Shown here: positions 60,079-64,000 of the stretch, in pieces
Layout of the letters: every line of letters starts with the position of its first letter
Numbering within the stretch: the stretch's first letter is position 1
DNA from: Gammaproteobacteria bacterium
Lineage (GTDB): Bacteria > Pseudomonadota > Gammaproteobacteria > GCA-002705445 > GCA-002716945
Length of the DNA stretch: 64,000 bases
Direction of reading: 5' to 3'
Assembly: GCA_018667355.1 (NCBI GenBank)
Contig: JABIVC010000009.1
Coordinates: forward strand, 18,665-82,664
Program-made: the position numbers and the translations under genes
The notes under the pieces: generated by a model
Seen by the model: only the letters and a program-made list of their open reading frames with translations
What the model was told of the DNA's origin: nothing
Databases searched by the model: none

Positions 60079-60770
60079 ATGAGAAAACAGTAGCGTTTAT
60101 TTTTGCAAGATCAGGTTCCAAGGGAGTAAAAGATAAAAATATTCAATTAATTAACAATATACCTCTCATTGGATATTCAATAAATATTGCGAAGGATTCT
60201 AATCTATTTTCTGACATTGTAGTATCGACTGATTCACAAGAAATAGCTGATATAGCAAATTTATATGGAGCTAGTACACCTTTTAATAGACCGGCTGATT
60301 TGGCAACAGATGAGTCATCTGAGTGGTTATCTTGGCAGCATGCTGTTAAATCATATATGAATATAACTAAGTTTGATTACTTCTTTAGCTTACCAGTCAC
60401 ATCGCCATTAAGGAGTAAGAATGATATACTATCGATGAAGGATTATTTCATGGATAATAGTTTTGATATTGTTCTTGGTATGACAGAATCTCATAGGTCA
60501 CCGTATTTCAATATAGTGAATAAAAAAGATGATGGCTCTGTAGAGAGAGTTATTGATAGGGCGAATACTATTAGCAGAAGGCAAGATGCCCCAAAAACTT
60601 ATGATTTAACAACAACTGGATATATCACAACGCCAGACTATATTTTGAACAATAATAATTTGTTTGATGGTATTGTAGGTGGCTATGAAATACCTATGAA
60701 TAGAAGTTTAGATATTGATAGTGAATATGACTTAATGATTGCGCGAAAAATACTTGAAACTAATGAGTAA
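60075..60770 (+). CDS. legF: Acylneuraminate cytidylyltransferase (LegF/PtmB/ElaB-like)
   Basis: ARSGSKGV-x-x-KN, STDS, RP-x-x-LA-x-D, TSPLR, RRQDAP and DID. Confidence 0.9.
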   Translation: MNEKTVAFIFARSGSKGVKDKNIQLINNIPLIGYSINIAKDSNLFSDIVVSTDSQEIADIANLYGASTPFNRPADLATDESSEWLSWQHAVKSYMNITKFDYFFSLPVTSPLRSKNDILSMKDYFMDNSFDIVLGMTESHRSPYFNIVNKKDDGSVERVIDRANTISRRQDAPKTYDLTTTGYITTPDYILNNNNLFDGIVGGYEIPMNRSLDIDSEYDLMIARKILETNE

Positions 60771-61557
60771 TATATTTGATAATTCAATTAAAGGTAAAGT
60801 AGTCCTAGTAACAGGAGCATCGGGATATATTGGTAGAAACATAGCCCATGCTTTATCTAGTCATGGTGCAAATTTAATTCTAGTAGATACAAATCAAAAG
60901 AAATTAAAAGATCTAAAGATTTCAATTGAGAGAAATAATGCAAGTGTCGATATAATATGCAAGGATCTAACAAGAAAAGGTTCGATCGAACTAATTAAAA
61001 AAATGATTGAGAAGAAATATAAAAAACTAGATATATTGATAAACTCAATTGGGTTTGTAGGCACATCTAAAATGAAAGGTTGGAATACAGGCTTTAAAAA
61101 TCAATCCAAACAAGCATGGGATTGTTCGATAGAGACAAACATGACTTCTGTTTTCTTTCTGATACAGGCTCTTCATGTATTAATGAAAAAATCAGAAAGC
61201 GCATCAATAGTGAATATTTCTTCCATGTATGGTGAGTATGCTCCTGATAAAAAAATATATGAAGGGACAAAGATTAATAATCCAGCTGCATACTCTGTAG
61301 CAAAAGCAGGTTTAAATCATATGACTAAATGGCTTGCTGTTGAATTAGGACCAAAAATAAGAGTCAATGCGATATCCCCAGGTGGATTATTTAGAAATCA
61401 AGATAAAATGTTTGTTAAAAAGTATGCCGAGAAAACTTTATTAAAGAGAATGGCTACAGAAGATGATATTATCGGACCTATAATATTCTTCGCATCGGAT
61501 ATGTCTAAATATATTACAGGACAAAACTTAATTGTTGACGGAGGTTGGGGTACCTAA
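60763..61557 (+). CDS. Classical SDR oxidoreductase (PtmA/ElaC-like)
   Basis: TGASGYIG, NISSMYG, NPAAYSVAKAG, RVNAISPGG and VDGG. Start moved to ATG 60763. Confidence 0.85.
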   Translation: MSNIFDNSIKGKVVLVTGASGYIGRNIAHALSSHGANLILVDTNQKKLKDLKISIERNNASVDIICKDLTRKGSIELIKKMIEKKYKKLDILINSIGFVGTSKMKGWNTGFKNQSKQAWDCSIETNMTSVFFLIQALHVLMKKSESASIVNISSMYGEYAPDKKIYEGTKINNPAAYSVAKAGLNHMTKWLAVELGPKIRVNAISPGGLFRNQDKMFVKKYAEKTLLKRMATEDDIIGPIIFFASDMSKYITGQNLIVDGGWGT

Positions 61558-61561
61558 GAAA

Positions 61562-62878
61562 ATGACTATACAAAAGCTAATAAATTATCCAAGCAAGATA
61601 GATTATACAGAATATAAGAAAGATAGTTCGAGTATAACTAAATATGGATTACCAAAAGACATAAAGTTTTGTAAATCATGTGTAATTTCAAATCAAAGAC
61701 CTAATTCTCAAGTTGAACATGAGCATAATAAGGCTACGCTTAAAACAACTATAAATTTCAATGATGATGGGATTTGTGATGCTTGCGTATTAGCTGAAAA
61801 AAAGAAAAGAGAAATCGATTGGGATAAAAGAGAAGCTGAATTGAAAGCTTTATGTGAAAAATATCGTAGTCGTAATGGCTCATATGACTGTTTAGTGCCT
61901 GGTTCTGGAGGTAAAGATAGTTTTTTTGCATCTCATATACTTAAGAATAAATACAAAATGAATCCACTTACAGTTACGTGGGCGCCGAATATGTATACTA
62001 CATGGGGTTGGAATAACTTTCAAAAATGGATTCATTCAGGTTTAGATAATTATCTAATGACACCTAATGGGAGAACACATAGAATTTTAACAAGACTCGC
62101 TGTAGAAAACTTATTACATCCTTTTCAATCTTTTATAATTGGTCAAAAATCATTTGCACCAAAAATGGCTATTAAATTTAATATCCCTCTTATATTTTAT
62201 GGTGAGTCCGAGTCTGAATATGGAAATCCAATAAGTGAATCAATGTCTTCTAAACGTGACTGGAGTTTTTCATCTATTGATGAGAGAGACAATATCTTTC
62301 TTGGTGGTGTAAGCTATAGTTCATTAAAAAATGATTATAAGTTAACAGATAATGATCTATCAATATATGTTCAAGAAAATATTAATAATATTAAAGATAA
62401 AGAAATTGATTTTAGATATCTTGGTTATTATTTAAAGTGGCATCCACAATCTAATTATTATTATTCTGTAGAAAATGGAAATTTTGAAGCAGCACCTGAG
62501 AGAACTCAAGGGACTTATAGTAAATATAATAGTATTGATGACAAAATAGATGATTTTCATTATTTAACAACGCGTACTAAATTTGGGATTGGAAGAGCAA
62601 CATATGATGCAGCACAAGAAATTAGATCTGGGGATATCACAAGAGAAGAAGGAGTCATGTTGGTTAATAAATTTGACCACGAATTTCCAGATAGGTTCGA
62701 AGATGAGATTTATAAATATTTAAGCATTAACCAAAAAGAGTTCCCATCTTCTTTTGACTTATTTGAAGAGCCAACAATGACAAAAGAGTACTTTTCATTA
62801 TTAAGTGATAATGCACGATCACCTCATATATGGAAATATGAAAATAATAAATGGGTTTTGCGCAGTATTATTAAATAA
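61562..62878 (+). CDS. N-acetyl sugar amidotransferase (WbuX/WbpG/PseA-like)
   Basis: C-x-x-C...C-x-x-C, YDCLVPGSGGKDS, YGE-x-x-x-EYG, DDKIDDFHY and KFGIGRA. Start ATG 61562. Confidence 0.9.
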   Translation: MTIQKLINYPSKIDYTEYKKDSSSITKYGLPKDIKFCKSCVISNQRPNSQVEHEHNKATLKTTINFNDDGICDACVLAEKKKREIDWDKREAELKALCEKYRSRNGSYDCLVPGSGGKDSFFASHILKNKYKMNPLTVTWAPNMYTTWGWNNFQKWIHSGLDNYLMTPNGRTHRILTRLAVENLLHPFQSFIIGQKSFAPKMAIKFNIPLIFYGESESEYGNPISESMSSKRDWSFSSIDERDNIFLGGVSYSSLKNDYKLTDNDLSIYVQENINNIKDKEIDFRYLGYYLKWHPQSNYYYSVENGNFEAAPERTQGTYSKYNSIDDKIDDFHYLTTRTKFGIGRATYDAAQEIRSGDITREEGVMLVNKFDHEFPDRFEDEIYKYLSINQKEFPSSFDLFEEPTMTKEYFSLLSDNARSPHIWKYENNKWVLRSIIK

Positions 62879-62882
62879 ATAT

Positions 62883-63656
62883 ATGTCAAGTAATATCAGA
62901 CTGATATCAAGATTAGATATCAAGGGACCAAATTTAATCAAAGGAGTTCATTTTGAAGGTCTTCGAGTACTTGGTGACCCCAACGACTATGCTAAAAAAT
63001 ATTATATAGATGGTATTGATGAAATACTTTATATAGATAGTGTTGCAAGTTTATATGGACGAAATAATTTATCTGACATTCTTATTAAAACTGTTTCTGA
63101 TACATTTGTGCCAATAACAGCAGGTGGTGGACTTAGAAATATTGAGGATGTGACATTAATTTTACGTTCTGGCGCAGATAAGGTAGCGATTAATACTGCA
63201 GCTGTAAAAAAACCAGCTTTAATATCTGAAGTCGCAAATAAATTTGGTTCACAATGCATGGTCATATCAATCCAGGCAAAAAAAATTTCAAATAATAAGT
63301 GGGAGGTTTATACAGAGAATGGGAGAGAAAAGACAGGCAATTGTGTAATGGAATGGCTTACAAAAGCCATAAAACTAGGTGCAGGGGAAGTTCTTATTAC
63401 ATCTATAGACAAGGATGGGACAAAAAATGGATGTGACAAAGAATTAGTTAAAGCTGTTTCTCAAGTATCACCAATTCCAATTATAGCTAGTGGTGGAATT
63501 GGAAATTTAAATGATATTGAGGAAATTATTCAATATTCAAAAGCTGATGCCGTAGCAATGGGAAGTATCTTGCATTATAAAGATTATACGATAAATGAAA
63601 TAAGAAATTTTCTATCCAAGAAAGATATCAATGTAAGGACATATGAAAACTATTAA
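62883..63656 (+). CDS. HisF-like cyclase-family subunit (WbuZ/HisF2)
   Basis: RLISRLDIKG, ASLYGR, GGG-x-R, TSID-x-DGT and ASGG; adjacent to the amidotransferase. Start ATG 62883. Confidence 0.88.
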   Translation: MSSNIRLISRLDIKGPNLIKGVHFEGLRVLGDPNDYAKKYYIDGIDEILYIDSVASLYGRNNLSDILIKTVSDTFVPITAGGGLRNIEDVTLILRSGADKVAINTAAVKKPALISEVANKFGSQCMVISIQAKKISNNKWEVYTENGREKTGNCVMEWLTKAIKLGAGEVLITSIDKDGTKNGCDKELVKAVSQVSPIPIIASGGIGNLNDIEEIIQYSKADAVAMGSILHYKDYTINEIRNFLSKKDINVRTYENY

Positions 63657-64000
63657 TATTATTGATTATGGTTTGTGTAATATCCATAGTGTCAAAAGTG
63701 CTATCACTAAATTAGGATATAAGCCTAATTTGATAAATAATATAAATGGTTTGCCATCTGATTCAAAAATTATATTACCAGGTGTCGGATCTTTTGCTAA
63801 TGGAATATCAAGATTGGAAGAGATGGGGCTAATAGGCTCAATTAAAAAACATATTGATAATCAAGGACACTTTTTAGGTATATGTCTAGGCATGCAAATG
63901 ATGTTTGAAAAAAGCTCAGAATCTAAAAATACAAAAGGGTTGGGAATTATAAAAGGGGAGATAGACTTGATACCTAATCAATATATGAATAAGACACACA
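63643..64000 (+). CDS. HisH-like glutamine amidotransferase (WbuY/HisH2), 3' truncated
   Basis: Hand translation MKTINIIDYGLCNIHSV...LPGVGSF...LGICLGMQ; the frame is open to the window end, so it is absent from the ORF track. Confidence 0.9.
   Translation, partial: MKTINIIDYGLCNIHSVKSAITKLGYKPNLINNINGLPSDSKIILPGVGSFANGISRLEEMGLIGSIKKHIDNQGHFLGICLGMQMMFEKSSESKNTKGLGIIKGEIDLIPNQYMNKTH

Larger units (their letters stand above)
39658..64000 (+). other. O-antigen/surface polysaccharide biosynthesis locus, continuing past the window end
   Basis: About 22 co-oriented genes: waaL, ugd, rfaH, GT2, MarR, wzz, wzy, NDP-sugar enzymes, ABC flippase, leg genes and amidotransferase. Confidence 0.93.

Noticed and set aside
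62883-64000. hisF/hisH as histidine biosynthesis genes
   Set aside because: They follow an N-acetyl sugar amidotransferase within a glycan locus and no other his genes are present, which fits WbuZ/WbuY-type paralogs.
1-64000. CRISPR arrays, IS elements, prophage genes, rRNA, and frameshifted or selenocysteine-recoded genes
   Set aside because: No regularly spaced repeats, transposase, integrase or capsid motifs, rRNA-like tracts or split ORFs were found on reading. The exact palindrome pair at 42.5 kb has only two copies.

Overview
This is a very AT-rich, gene-dense segment, with many 1-11 nt gene overlaps, from a streamlined Gammaproteobacterium. The lineage and a likely marine, sulfur-oxidising lifestyle are inferred from hflD-mnmA, maf-rpmF-plsX-fabH and uvrC-pgsA-tRNA(Gly/Cys/Leu) synteny plus soxB. 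1-9.5 kb holds acnA (5' truncated), hflD, mnmA, aceA, icd, infA, a DUF1249 gene, a Cys-less IscR-like regulator, iscU, DUF2892 and alkA. 9.5-16.5 kb is an accessory region with a stand-alone sigma70 region-1.1 protein, a CxxC/RSPP leader peptide before an OprC-type TonB-dependent copper receptor, a hydrolase, outer-membrane proteins and tmRNA. 16.5-39.7 kb is core: purL-msrPQ-soxB-glyA-nrdR-rib-nusB-thiL, maf, rpmF-plsX-fabH-udg-uvrC-pgsA, three tRNAs, a lipoprotein and fhs. 39.7-64 kb is an O-antigen/surface-glycan locus (waaL, ugd, rfaH, GT2, EPS-type MarR, wzz, wzy, an NDP-sugar module with an SqdB-like enzyme, an ABC flippase, a legionaminic-acid pathway with candidate 8-epimerisation genes, and WbuXYZ-like amidotransferase), cut by the window end. 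The strongest leads are (1) the free-standing sigma-1.1 protein with a basic micro-ORF neighbour, (2) a putative copper-sensing RSPP ribosome-stalling switch whose Pro-Pro codons carry an anti-SD for the receptor, (3) an SqdB-like enzyme inside an O-antigen cluster, and (4) twin 19-bp palindromes, rfaH and an ops-like element controlling that cluster. No CRISPR array, rRNA, integrase or transposase was seen. All family assignments come from motif recognition by eye; no database searches were run.
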